Positions 37,821 to 49,579 of a DNA stretch of 64,000 nucleotides are shown one piece after another. The stretch comes from Narcine bancroftii (Eukaryota), in contig NC_091476.1 in NCBI RefSeq assembly GCF_036971445.1, positions 149,420,001 to 149,484,000 on the forward strand, given 5' to 3'. Position numbers and translations under genes: made by a program. The number at the start of each line of letters is the position of its first letter. Positions within the stretch are counted from its first letter, which is position 1. A model generated the notes under the pieces. It was not told the origin of the DNA. It did no database searches and was given only the letters and a program-made list of their open reading frames with translations.

Positions 37821-38959
37821 AAATAAATAGCAACAGTGGATAATTTTTAAAGTGCAAGGAAAATTTGGTGGTGCTATTGCACACAATTTATAAAGACCAT
37901 GGGAAAAAGCAATGGTGGACCTGACTTCCCAGAATGCTGTGCAGCAGAGAAACCCCTCCATGAGTGCTCCATGCATTCAGTTGTGCACACAGCCCTTTCC
38001 CTGCTGCACGGAATTCTGAGAGGGCAGGTCCGCCATCGTTTCCCCCCCCCAAAGTATTTATAAATTGTATGCGATAGTGCTACCAATTTTCCCTCACTTT
38101 AGAAATAGTAATGCTACCAACTTTCTCACAGTCCCTTATAAAGATTTTTATAGGTCAGCATAATAGAAGCTGAAGGGCCCCTGCTGTGGTATACATAAAG
38201 CTTAATTATGTTATAACTAGACATGATTAATTTTGTTCAAATATAAATCATAATACATTGATCAGAACTTAGGGCAGGTCCACCATTGCTTGATGCATCA
38301 TGACGTCACCAGTAGAAGGTAGAACAGTCCTAATCCTGGGGATGGCTTCTTTCAAGTGTGAAAACATTCAGTATCCCAGTTAGGAGTGGTCAAGTGTGAA
38401 AAGCCAAAGCCCCCATTCCTATCCTGGGACATTGAGCGGCTGATTTAGTGGGACACAAGTGTAAAAGGGGCTTTAGACATTACTTTAGAAGTGTATGCGG
38501 CACTCAATAGGACTCATAGTCACCTCAGAACCTAGAGCTGGTGTGGAAGTCCTCCATCCTGAGGGATTGGCCGAGATGACAGATGGCAATAATGTATGGC
38601 AACTAAATATAAAGTGGCTGTGCTCACAACTTGTTCCAGAAAACTCCAGTGAACTGACCCCCATTCAGGGTGAATCACTCTGGGATCTAGGTTTGGAAAG
38701 TTAATCGAGGCTGCAGATACTGTGATGGCAATAAATACACAAAACTGCTGAAGAAACTCAGCAGGTCCCAAAGCACACATAGGAAGAAAGATATAGAACC
38801 TTGATGAAGGGCTCAGGGCCAAAATATTGGTCATATATCTTTGCCACCCAGAGATGCTATGGGACAGATTGAGTTTATCCAGCAATTTTGTGTATTTATT
38901 TGGAAAGTTATAGTGAAACACAAAAGTCTGCAGATGCTGTGATTTTCATAAAAACACAA

Positions 38960-39542
38960 AAATGTGGTTTCCTCTGCATCAGAGTGAATGGACACAGATT
39001 GGGAGATCACTTAATTGAGTGCCTCGGCTCGGCCCGCCGCAATAGCAGGATCTCCCAGTGGGCACCCATTTCAATTTCCTATCCCATTCCCTTGCCAACA
39101 TATCTGTCCATGGACTCGAACTGCCAGACTGCGATCACCCGCAAATTGAAGGAACAACCCCTCATCTTCCTTCTGGACATCCTCCAAGCGGATGACATTA
39201 AAATCAACCTCCAGTTTCTGTCAAACCTCCCAACCCCCCATCTTTTCTAATGTCTCCTTCCCCCTGGGTCTGCCTCTCTTACACAGAGTCCCAAACAACC
39301 CCCCCTTCCCTATAATTAATTCTCACCTTTCCTCTCTCCTGTGTCCCATCCTTATCCAATTAACACTTTTTGTCTGTTGGTCCGTACTCCTCTCCCTGCC
39401 CATTCTTCCCCTCCCCAGTCTTTTAATTCAGATGCCTGCCTGCCTTTCACTCATACCTTGAAGAAGAACTCAGTCCAAAACCTAGCTTTACCTCCAATGG
39501 ACACTGCGGTACCTGCTGAGTTCCCCCAGAAACTTTGTGTAT
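38960..39542 (+). mobile_element. Penelope-like element: GIY-YIG endonuclease remnant plus 3' terminus (inverted termini also at ~38705-38960)
   Basis: HRLGDHLIECLGS...TRKLKEQPLIFLLDILQADDIKI resembles the PLE GIY-YIG C-terminus (RLGDRF.EH...RKLEEQHLIFRLGTLQPDG.N). Confidence 0.65.
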
Positions 39543-39935
39543 TTATATGGCGAGCTCTCCACTGGCCACCGTGACAGAGGTGCACCAAAGAAGAGGTACA
39601 AGGACTGCCTAAAGAAATCTCTTGGTGCCTGCCACATTGACCACCGCCAGTGGGCTGATCTCGCCTCAAACCGTGCATCTTGGCGCCTCACAGTTCGGCG
39701 GGCAGCAACCTCCTTTGAAGAAGACCGCAGAGCCCACCTCACTGACAGAAGACAAAGGAGGAAAAACCCAAAACCCAACTCCAACCCACCAATTTTCCCC
39801 TGCAACCGCTGCAACCGTGTCTGCCTGTCCCGCATCGGACTTGTCAGCCACAAACGAGCCTGCAGCTGACGTGGACATTTACCCCCTCCATAAATCTTCG
39901 TCCGCGAAGCCAAGCCAAAGAAGAAAGAAGAAGAC
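39543..39935 (+). mobile_element. RTE-clade LINE, 5'-truncated young copy
   Basis: Near-identical to 16529-16920; intact reading frame and GAA-type tail. Confidence 0.85.
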
Positions 39936-40209
39936 ATCATTGTAGCACAGAGGACTTGATTATAAAGTGAGGAATTTAAAATCTAAGGATCAGCTATTTT
40001 AGAATTCCTGGCAGTAAAGCAAAATTAGATCATCTTATTGCATCACTGACCAAAATTTATCTGGGAACAAACACTTGCCAATGCGCATGTCTGTGATCCT
40101 AGGGAGGAGCACGCAGTACCTTCACAGTGCAGTCCATTCTTGTACTGCCAAGCAGAGGAACATATCTCACAATAAAAGATTCAAAATAAACCATTAACTC
40201 CACTGGTTC

Positions 40210-40346
40210 CCTTATAAGGGAGGCTATGCGCACAAGGTTAGATTATGCCTGTTCCACCTTTATTATCCCTGGCCAATCAGTTTCCCTTGTTATTTGCTTT
40301 GTGGGAAATGCTGGCTTCAGCCCACAACCAGTAGAACCTGATTGGG
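40210..40346 (+). promoter_or_regulatory. Putative promoter of Rho-like gene 1: CArG box and two CCAAT boxes
   Basis: CCTTATAAGG (40210-40219) is a perfect CC(A/T)6GG; GGCCAATCAG at 40271; CTGATTGG at ~40338. Confidence 0.45.
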
Positions 40347-40561
40347 AGGTCAACATTCCAACTCACCTCCTAAAACACTAGCAGCTGTGCCCGATTGTGA
40401 TACTTTGAACACTGCAGCAAAAGCAAGGAATAAATCACCTTGACGGGCAATGTTTTTGCTCCTGCACAATGAGACGTCTTCCTGACCAACAATTCCTCTC
40501 GTGGGCACTCAAGCTCCTCAGTATTTAGGAAAGGAAGAAGGACAGCCTTTTCAAACCAACA

Positions 40562-41146
40562 ATGAGTTTGAGAAGGAAACTGGTGATCGTTGGAGATGGG
40601 GGTTGTGGTAAGACCAGCCTGCTGTTTGTATTAAGCCGTGACGAGTTCCCTGAAGGTTACGTTCCTACCATCTTTGACACATACGTGGCAGATATTGTGG
40701 TGAATGAGAAGCGGGTGGAGCTGGCATTGTGGGATACTGCGGGGCAGGAGGACTACGACCGTCTGCGGCCCCTCTCCTACCCCGACACCCACATCATCCT
40801 GGTCTGCTTCTCGGTCGACAGCCCCGACTCCCTGTGGAATATCCCAGAGAAGTGGATGCCTGAGGTCAGGCACTTCTGTCCTGGGGTACCCGTGGTGTTG
40901 GTGGGCAACAAAAAGGACCTGCGGAGTGATGAGAGGATCAAGCGAGAGCTGGCGCGGAGCAAGAAGGAGCCAGTGAGGTGGGAGGATGGCCACACCGTGG
41001 CGGAGAAGATAGGTGCCTATGCCTACCTGGAATGCTCAGCCAAGACGAAGGAAGGTGTCTGGGAGGTGTTCGAAACGGCCACACGGGCCACTTTGAATCG
41101 CACGGAATCAAGGTGCTTCAACGGCGCTTGTTGTACAATGATGTAG
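40562..41146 (+). CDS. Intronless RhoB-like small GTPase, copy 1 (194 aa, CAAX = CTMM)
   Basis: Complete ORF with G1 GDGGCGKT, G3 [21 protein letters not shown]4 NKKD, G5 ECSAK and the Rho insert. RhoB-type residues ([24 protein letters not shown]). Single exon with a Cys-rich tail, like RHOB. Confidence 0.92.
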   Translation: MSLRRKLVIVGDGGCGKTSLLFVLSRDEFPEGYVPTIFDTYVADIVVNEKRVELALWDTAGQEDYDRLRPLSYPDTHIILVCFSVDSPDSLWNIPEKWMPEVRHFCPGVPVVLVGNKKDLRSDERIKRELARSKKEPVRWEDGHTVAEKIGAYAYLECSAKTKEGVWEVFETATRATLNRTESRCFNGACCTMM

Positions 41147-43576
41147 CGGGGCTGCAGATGGCACTGATCAAGAGGACAAAATGTTTAAAGCATCAGAGAA
41201 TGGAGGAGATGGGAACAGAGGGGAAGGATATGAATTTGAAAATAATTTGCAATCAAGTACAAGGATAAAAATATCAACCATGCTTCAGTGGGCAAAATTG
41301 TAGGTTCAAGAGATTTGAGGTCAAAATCCAGGCCGATTCAGCAATGAGGGTGCCCCGCATGTCTGAGTATTTTCTGCCAGATGAGATAATAAACCAAAGC
41401 TACATCCTGTGGGGTGGATTTCCAACTATTTCAAGGAGCAAGGCCGTTCTCTACATGACTCTCTCTTGAACAGTGTTTCGTCCCAGACAACATTACAAAA
41501 GTAAAATACATTATCTGGTCATTTATTTCAGTTTGTCTGTGGGAACTAGGAATGATAATATGGCATCCTGTTTCGTCTACTATATCAGTAACAGCACTTT
41601 AGCTTGATTCGATTGGCTGTAAAGCACTGGACATCTTGAGATCATATAAACGCAAATCTTCCTTTACATTTCAGCAAATGTTTCAAGTGGCTTAAAATAA
41701 TATCAAAGAGGGTTTGTATGATATCAGATTATCTTATAATCTTATCGTTCAATTGATAAAATAATGTACACCTATGTAAAGATGATTAAATTTTCTTAAA
41801 GCGTTAGGCCATGGGTAAAGGGCTATATTTTTGTGGTTTAATAATTTCCTTGCCTTTATACTTTCTATTTAATTAAAGTGTGAGAGGTTGAAAATGTACT
41901 TTGCAGTGTCTTGTCAAGCATGTGTAGTCTTGAATTTAAAGGGTATGGGAAAGTTGAAACAATTGAATCTCTTGTCATCACAAACTCTTTTTGACAGTAA
42001 ATTACAATAGATTGCATCCAATTATGCAATGGGGAGAAAGCCTTCAGCCCAGCTCTCCCCTTCTGCTTGCGTTTGACCCATATCCCACTTACTCACGGAC
42101 CTGTCCAATATAACTGTACCCACCTCCACCACTTCCTCTGAAGTGTGTGTGAAAAGTTGCCCCTTTTGTCTCCTTTAAATCTTTCCCTTTTCACCTTAAA
42201 TCTCATTTTAGAATGACATGAGAGGGCATTGATTCTGGGGGAAAATAAATATTCTCCTTATCTTACCCCCTCATAATTTTATAAACCTCTGTAAAGTCTC
42301 CCCTCAGTCTCTTGCACTCCAGAAAAAACAAAGCGAAGCCTAACCAATCTATTTTTTATCTCAAAGTCTTGCAAATTGCCTTGTGATGTTTTACAAAGGG
42401 TTATTCAAAAACTTTTACATCTTTGTAGGGGGGGGGGGAGGGGGGCTGAAGAAAACAGTAAGATTTCAGTGAATTAAAGGTCAGTGGAAAAGTGGGAAGA
42501 TTCAAGATTCTTTTATCGTCATATACTAAAACAGAAAATGTAATATTACACAAAATTCCCTTTAGTTTGCAGCATTGCAAGGGATTCCTTACAGTCAGAG
42601 ATTCCTTACAGTCAGAGAAAGAAGCAAGAGAGTCCCTTCAGAGTCCATGGATTTGTCTCCAGTGCACCGCGCCCGCAGCCTCTGCAGCTGCACAGACTCC
42701 TGTTCAAACTATAGGCAACCCGAGCTCAAGATCCAAACCTCCGACATGATCAGGAAGTCTGCAGTGACCAAGGCCCTTTGGGAGCCCTTCCTGCCCTCAG
42801 CACCCTGTTGATCCCGGTTCCGATACCTGGTTCCTATGAGCACTGATATTTTACACATAGTAAAGTATTTTACAATTGTTCGAATCTGGCACCGTCTGCA
42901 AGGTGTTTGTATGTTTTGCTCATGACTTTTTCACCAAGTTTCCTCCTACCCTCCAGAAACATACGGGGATTGCAGGTTAATCGGTGAATTCAGGGGGGAG
43001 GGGGGCACAGGCTTGTGGGCTAAATGGGCCTGTTACTGTGCTGTCAAAATTAAAAAAAAATGAGCAGGTGCTGTCAGATTCACCCACGTAATGATACCAA
43101 TCATTTCCTCCGGTAAAAATCCTTGCAATTGTGTAGTTGCAATACTATGAAAAATGTGAGAAAATAAAAGGCATTGAAAATGGGATAGAAGAAAAGGCTG
43201 GAAGTTGCAGGAAATAAGAAAACAGGAGAGAAAGAGAAGAAAAGTGGGCAACTTGGGCCTTGCTTTAACATTTCATCTGAAAGCTCTGTATCATAATATC
43301 AGACTGGATACAATGCTTAGTTTTCTGGAGCACCAGGAGGGAGGGTGTTACCCACTGAGACATGGACTATATCTGTATACAAGCTAGCAGAGTGGTCATG
43401 TTTAGCCCAATTTCCCATTCACACTTGACAAAAGCTTTGCAAAGCGTGCCCACGTATTACGTTTTTTCAGAGCTGCCTCAGATTCAGTGACATAAGAAAG
43501 TGTATTATATCAACATGTGACTTATGCAAGGCCAAAGACCTCAGCATCTCTCAACATGCAGACTTTATTTTGATAT

Positions 43577-44340
43577 TCTTTGGCTTGGCTTCGCGGACGA
43601 AGATTTATGGAGGGGTAAATGTCCACGTCAGCTGCAGGCTCGTTTGTGGCTGACAAGTCCGATGCGGGACAGGCAGACACGGTTGCAGCGGTTGCAAGGG
43701 AAAATTGGTTGGTTGGGGTTGGGTTTTTCCTCCTTTGTCTTTTGTCAGTGAGGTGGGCTCTGCAGTCTTCTTCAAAGGAGGTTGCTGCCCGCCGAACTGT
43801 GAGGCGCCAAGATGCACGGTTTGAGGCGAGATCAGCCCACTGGCGGTGGTCAATGTGGCAGGCACCAAGAGATTTCTTTAGGCAGTCCTTGTACCTCTTC
43901 TTTGGTGCACCTCTGTCACGGTGGCCAGTGGAGAGCTCGCCATATAACACGATCTTGGGGAGGCGATGGTCCTCCATTCTGGAGACGTGACCCACCCAGC
44001 GCAGCTGGATCTTCAACAGCGTGGATTCGATGCTGTCGGCCTCTGCCATCTCAAGTACTTCAATGTTAGGGATGAAGTCGCTCCAATGAATGTTGAGGAT
44101 GGAGCGGAGACAACGCTGGTGGAAGCGTTCTAGGAGCCGTAGGTGATGCCGGTAGAGGACCCATGATTCGGAGCCGAACAGGAGTGTGGGTATGACAACG
44201 GCTCTGTATACGCTTATCTTTGTGAGGTTTTTCAGTTGGTTGTTTTTCCAGACTCTTTTGTGTAGTCTTCCAAAGGCGCTATTTGCCTTGGCGAGTCTGT
44301 TGTCTATCTCGTTGTCGATCCTTGCATCCGATGAAATGGT
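43577..44340 (-). mobile_element. RTE-clade LINE, longer 5'-truncated young copy
   Basis: ORF ...LLKIQLRWVGHVSRMEDHRLPKIVLYGELSTG...; same 3' end as the other two copies; CpG-rich; small deletion in the PNPN region. Confidence 0.85.
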
Positions 44341-44559
44341 AAGACATTACACATCACAAACCTCAAGAAGTATAAACCAGAACAGACAGCCTCTTAAAAA
44401 AGGAAAAGGAAATGAGCTCATAGGAAATGATGTAATAGAGAAAGCATTGTTTCAACATTAAAAGCACATTTGTTCCCATGACTGACATTGACTTAAAATT
44501 TTTTTTTTGAGTTTTATCAGAAAAACAAACCACAAAAGCAGTAAATCAATTGCAATGAA

Positions 44560-45990
44560 ACCTTTGCAGATTCACAAATGATAACATATAGTACAGTAGC
44601 GATACGACTTAATTCTAAATCTAATGAGTGGTAATACATACAATATTATAAGAGATAAGTAAGAAAAAATGAAAAGAAGAAAGAAAAAAATTCAAACCCA
44701 CAGCAATCATGTTTAAAATCCATATTGTATGTAGTGTTAAATCCAAACAAGCAGTCTCAGGGGATCCAAACAAGCACGCCTAGTGACATCCATCATCATA
44801 CCTCATTAGTCAAATTATGGAAGTGAGCTATAAACGGGCCCCAAGTCTTATCAAAAAAATCTTGCTTTTGTGACATGATGCCTAATTTTCTCCAGATTTA
44901 AAAAGGACGTACTATCTAATACCATTGATTATGTATAGGTGAGAACTCATCTTTCCATTTTAACAGAATTGCTTTTCTTGCAAATAAACTGGAGAATGCT
45001 ATAACCTGTCTGATTAAAAGATGAAATAATATTTATATCTTTAGAAAAACCAAATAGTGCAATTAAAGTGATCCTAAATATGGTTGAAAAAGTTCTAAAA
45101 AGGTCAGTCAAATATTTTTGCAAATTTGGGGCAAGTCCAAAACATATGTAACAAAGAGGCATCGAATATTTTACATTTGTCACAAAGTGAACTACTATCA
45201 GTTATCAGAGTAAATTCAAGCAAGTTTGACTTTGGATAAATGTACACGATGTAGCATTTTGAATTAAATAAGACTATGCCCAGTGCACAATGATGAATTG
45301 TAAACAAGGCCCAAAATTGAAGTACATTCTCCCATTCAGTTTTAATTCCACTTAAAGAAATTGCTTTCATATTCAATAGTTTATAATATAAAGCAGATGT
45401 CATGCTTTTATGAGTAAATTGTAACTCGAATAGTTCATTGATAAAATTTGGGTCAGGAAGAGTAGGAGATGTTAAAAGTTTAGAGCGAATTTGAATTTGA
45501 TAGTATCTGAAATAATATCATCCCCAATTGTTGAAGAGATATAAAATGTTGTATAAAAAGATCTTTAAAAGTCTTTATACCTAAAAAATTCCATTCTTGA
45601 AAACCAGCATCTAAAATAGCTGGTTGAAATAAATAATTAGATATTATAGGTCTTGTAACTATAAATACTGTAAGTCTGAAAAATTTTCTGAATTGGTTCC
45701 AGATCTTCAATCTATGTGCCATTATTAAGTTCTTTGTCAAATTTTGAATAGTGATAGGGGTAAAGATGACCCCAATACCACCCATAGTCAGGTACTTCTG
45801 AGGGACTTCAACTCCATCTCAATCCAATTAGGATATTCATCTGTCTTTTCATAGTTGCAACAAAAAAATAACATATTTTTTATGTTTATAGCCTAATAGT
45901 AAAAACGGAAATTAAGTAAGGCTAATCCCCCATTATTTCTAGTGTTCTGAAGATATTTTTATTCAATCTATTTTTAAAGCTATAAATACT
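44560..45990 (-). mobile_element. Degenerate L1-clade LINE ORF2 3' region
   Basis: CDKCKIFDASLLHMFWTCPK zinc knuckle, LKIWNQFRKFF, W..LGIKTFKDLF. Confidence 0.7.
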
Positions 45991-46234
45991 AAAAAAAATA
46001 CACAAATAATGGTAGCACATTTATAGTTTATAAGTATTGATTTTGTGAAAATTTGCAACACAGCTGTTTCAATTTTTTACCTTTATTAACTTGGTTTCCG
46101 CCTTCCCCCACAGATAAGAAGTCTGGCTGGTTCTTTCACTACTCCTCTCCAGCTCTTATTCTTCTCAAGCAAAGGGTCTTTAAATTACGTCACTACATTG
46201 GCCTCCATCGTGGAACACTATAACAGAGTCAAGA

Positions 46235-46850
46235 GTAAAACATGAAAGTCTGCAGACACCATAGTTGAATTAAAAACACAATCCTGGAGAAACTTAGCAG
46301 GTTAAATGGTCTACTTTATATAGCAAAGATAAAGATACATAACCAATGTTTTGGGCTTGAGCGCTTCATTAAGGGATGAGCAAAATGGAGTCAGGCACCT
46401 GAACAAAATGTTGGGGGGGGGGGCGCGGGAGGGGAGGGTGGAAGAGGCTGGGGGAGGAGCACAGTTCCAAAGGCAGGAGGTAATAGGTAGATAAATGATG
46501 GAAAGGGAATCTCTAGGCATTCTCCAACTGGATGGTATTGACATTGACTTCTCCAGTTTCTGATATTCTCCCTCCCTCATCTTTCCCTCTAGCTCTCCAC
46601 ACCCTTCCCTCTCCATTCACAGAGTCATCCCTCCTCCTCCTGCTTGTTGGTGTGCCCTCTCTCCTTTCTCCACTAATTACTCCTGCCTTTGGGCCTATGC
46701 CCCACCTTCCAACCATTTTGTTTGGGCTTCAACTGACATTTTTTCATACCTTGATGAAGGACTCAAGCCCGAAATGGTAATGTATTTTTATCTTTGCTAC
46801 ATAATGTACATTGTTTAACCAGTTGAGTTTCTCCAGCATTGTGTTTTTAT
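46235..46850. mobile_element. Inverted pair of Penelope-like termini (minus 46235-46510, plus 46515-46850)
   Basis: CTGGAGAAACT..TAGCAAAGATAAA..GGGCTTGAG is mirrored by CTCAAGCCC..TTTATCTTTGCTA..GAGTTTCTCCAG; GILQLDGIDIDFSSF is the PLE ORF end. Confidence 0.6.
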
Positions 46851-47672
46851 TATAACAGAAACTCCATTTGCACTTTTAAACATTTCTAAAACCAAATTAC
46901 CCCTGGTACTTTGACCAAATATTTCAGGCTCAATCAATTTCACTGAAAGAAATAATCTTTTCTGGGTAGTTTCATATTTGTGAGACTACAAATATTAAAT
47001 GTTGTTGCATATAAAATCTTTAAAATTATTAATATCTAAAAAATTCTATACCAAACATCTTCATTTGTTGTAAAATGCATTGGAATGACTGAAAAACATC
47101 CATGATCCAAAAATTGCACTTGGCACAAGGGTCACTTGGCTGAAATCAAGACTAGAACCCCTAGGTGACAAGCAAGAGGTATTCTGCTCCATGTAACAAC
47201 ATTCTCTGAGAGTCTAGTCACTTAAACTGTTGGTCTGTAACTATCCCAATGGGAACTATGCAGGTATTCAGTAAGGTTAGCAGTCCAGGTGGATTAGATT
47301 CCCAACCTCTGATAAAATAATTAATAAACTCAATTAGAGCACTGGAAGGAGTGCTGTTATTGGCCAGAGTTCTACTGGAGATCTGAAAGGGGTGTTGTTA
47401 TTGGCCAGAGATTAGCTAGAAGGGGAGCTATTCTTGGCCAAGCATCCTGCATGGGAAGAATTGGACTTGCTCCTGACACAGCTCACCATTGAGTGATTGC
47501 TAACTGAGGATGTGGGAGCAGGATTGGCCTTCCTTGGTGACATAATCCAATCTCATGCCACATTCCTGCTCTGTAGAAAAGATAAAGGTTTGGTTTAAGA
47601 TTGTGAAGTGAACAAAGAACTTCATAGACCATGATACACTTTTGAAGTGTCATCTTCCTTATCATTTAAGGT

Positions 47673-48048
47673 CAGTGGTTCTCAACCTTTTTCTTTCCAC
47701 TCACATACCACTTTAAGTATTCCCTATGCCATAGGTGTTCTGTGATTAGTAGGGGATTGCTTAAAGTGGTATGTGGGTGGAAAGAAAAAGGTTTGAAAAC
47801 CACTGTTCTAATTGTATCTAATTCACTTGTTATGTGCATGGTTTCATAGCTCCAAAGGAAATTGGCCAATGACAATTTTTCTCAAGCAAAATATTTCAGT
47901 AACAATTGGGTCTAGAGTAGTGATTCTCAACCTTCCTTTCCCACTCACAAACCACCTTAAGCAATCCCTTACTAATCACAGAACACTGTTGGTCTAGGGA
48001 TTACTTAAAGTCATATGTGAGTGGAAAGATAAAGGTTGAGAACCACTG
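47673..48048. mobile_element. Composite hAT/Charlie-like MITE (two palindromic units flanking a ~110-bp core)
   Basis: Outer TIRs CAGTGGTTCTCAACCTT...AAGGTTGAGAACCACTG; inverted copy at 57358-57717. Confidence 0.75.
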
Positions 48049-48050
48049 TA

Positions 48051-48259
48051 AGCCATCCATCCTCAACCTTTTTCAGCTATGGCCCCTCTAGGACTCAAAG
48101 TTTGTGGGGCCCCTTCCCAGTGAATCAATCAAGTTTTAGTTTCTTCTGTATTTCTCTCCTACCAACTGCGGAACAAAACATAAAAATATTTATGTTACGT
48201 GAGGTGAAAAGAAAACAAGGCTTTTACTTTAATGTGCTGTGGCCCCAGGTGAATGGCTG
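48051..48259. mobile_element. hAT-type MITE (same family as 10906-11117)
   Basis: Internal AAAGTTT.TGGGGCCCCTTCCC..TGAA.CAATCAAGTTT homology; ends GAATGGCTG. Confidence 0.55.
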
Positions 48260-49079
48260 ATGTAAGGAACCTGAGTCCTGCAAACTCCCGTAAACAGTGA
48301 TAAAGTGATAATTATGATTAGTTTGGTGATGAGGGATAAACTTTTGCCTTGGAGAGCTGACCTGCTCATCCCTGACTTCCCAGAATAGGATCCTTTGTGT
48401 CCACCTGGGCACCTCTTTGGTGATAGCCCCCTCCAAAACACTTTGCAGCGTTCCCTTAGCATTTCACCATTGGTTTCAGTTTCCGCAGTGTTTTGAACCT
48501 ATGACCTCTTGCTTGATATAAGGTGTCTTCATGAGATAGTCCCATTCGCCTACATTTGCCCATGTCCATCTAAACCTTTCCTATCCATGAACTTGACCAA
48601 ATGTCATTTCAACTTTACAATTGTACCAACCTCAACCACTTCCTCTGGCTTCCCGTTCCATATATGCCCTTTCAATCTTTCCCCTCTCACCTTAAACCCA
48701 TGTGCTCTAGTTCTAGATTCCCCTACCCTGGATAAAAGACTGTGACTATTTACCTTATCTATATCCCTTATAATTTTTAAAACCGTTTCATCTTTGCTCG
48801 ACAATAAACAGAGCGAGCCTAGCCAGTTGCTCCTCATAATTCCAGCCTGCTAGTCCCAACGACATCCTTGTGAACCTCTCTGCACCCTCTCCAATTTCAT
48901 CACATCCTTCCTACAGCATAGTCTCCAGAGCGGCACACAATGTGCCAGGTGGATTCTCACCAGCCACAATATAATGTCCCAACATGATTAATACATTATA
49001 TTTTTATATTCAAACACATTATTTAACTGCTGAAGTTCCATTTGATCTGAAAGGTAATATCAGTAGAAAGGGGAGGCCT

Positions 49080-49315
49080 GGTTTGTCTAATAGTTAGCAA
49101 AATGTTGCTCTAGTAAACTGGGGTTCGAATCCACCGCTGTATGTAAGGAGTTTGTACAGTACGTTCCCCCCCCCCCCCCGTGTCTGTGTGGGTTTTCTCC
49201 ACATTCTCTGGTTTCCTCCCATCCTTCAAAATGTACCGGGGTTGGAGGTTAATTGGGTGTCATTGGGTAGCACTGACTCGTGGCTGAAAGGGCTTGTAAC
49301 AGTGCTGTATATTGA
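49080..49315 (+). mobile_element. V-SINE-type SINE
   Basis: GGGTTCGAATCC B-box; GTAAGGAGTTTGTAC..GTGTCTGTGTGGGTTTTCTCC..TGGTTTCCTCCCA. Confidence 0.65.
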
Positions 49316-49579
49316 AAAAAATATATATTTAAAATTTGAATAAATTTACATTATGTTAGGTTGTGGTGCAGGATTGTTATGAACAGGAGGATCTTCAGGA
49401 AAGGGTAACCATTTCACGGTATGAACCCACACATGAATAATTGGTTTGCAAGAGGATGTTTTCACTTCTGCCTGCAAGACAATAGATCACACAGCAAAGC
49501 CCACTGTTACAGCATTCTTACTGTCGTCCAGGTTATCCAAAAACAAAATACTATACACTGATGAAAGAAAGGTCTCAGA

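Noticed and set aside
40631-40995. Antisense ORFs over both Rho genes (also 59405-59893)
   Set aside because: Expected shadow ORFs of GC3-rich coding sequence; their mutual similarity only reflects the paralogy.
47350-47442. Three short repeats of TGTTATTGGCCAGAG with spacers (CRISPR-like look)
   Set aside because: Degenerate eukaryotic minisatellite with related spacers; no cas genes; vertebrate context.
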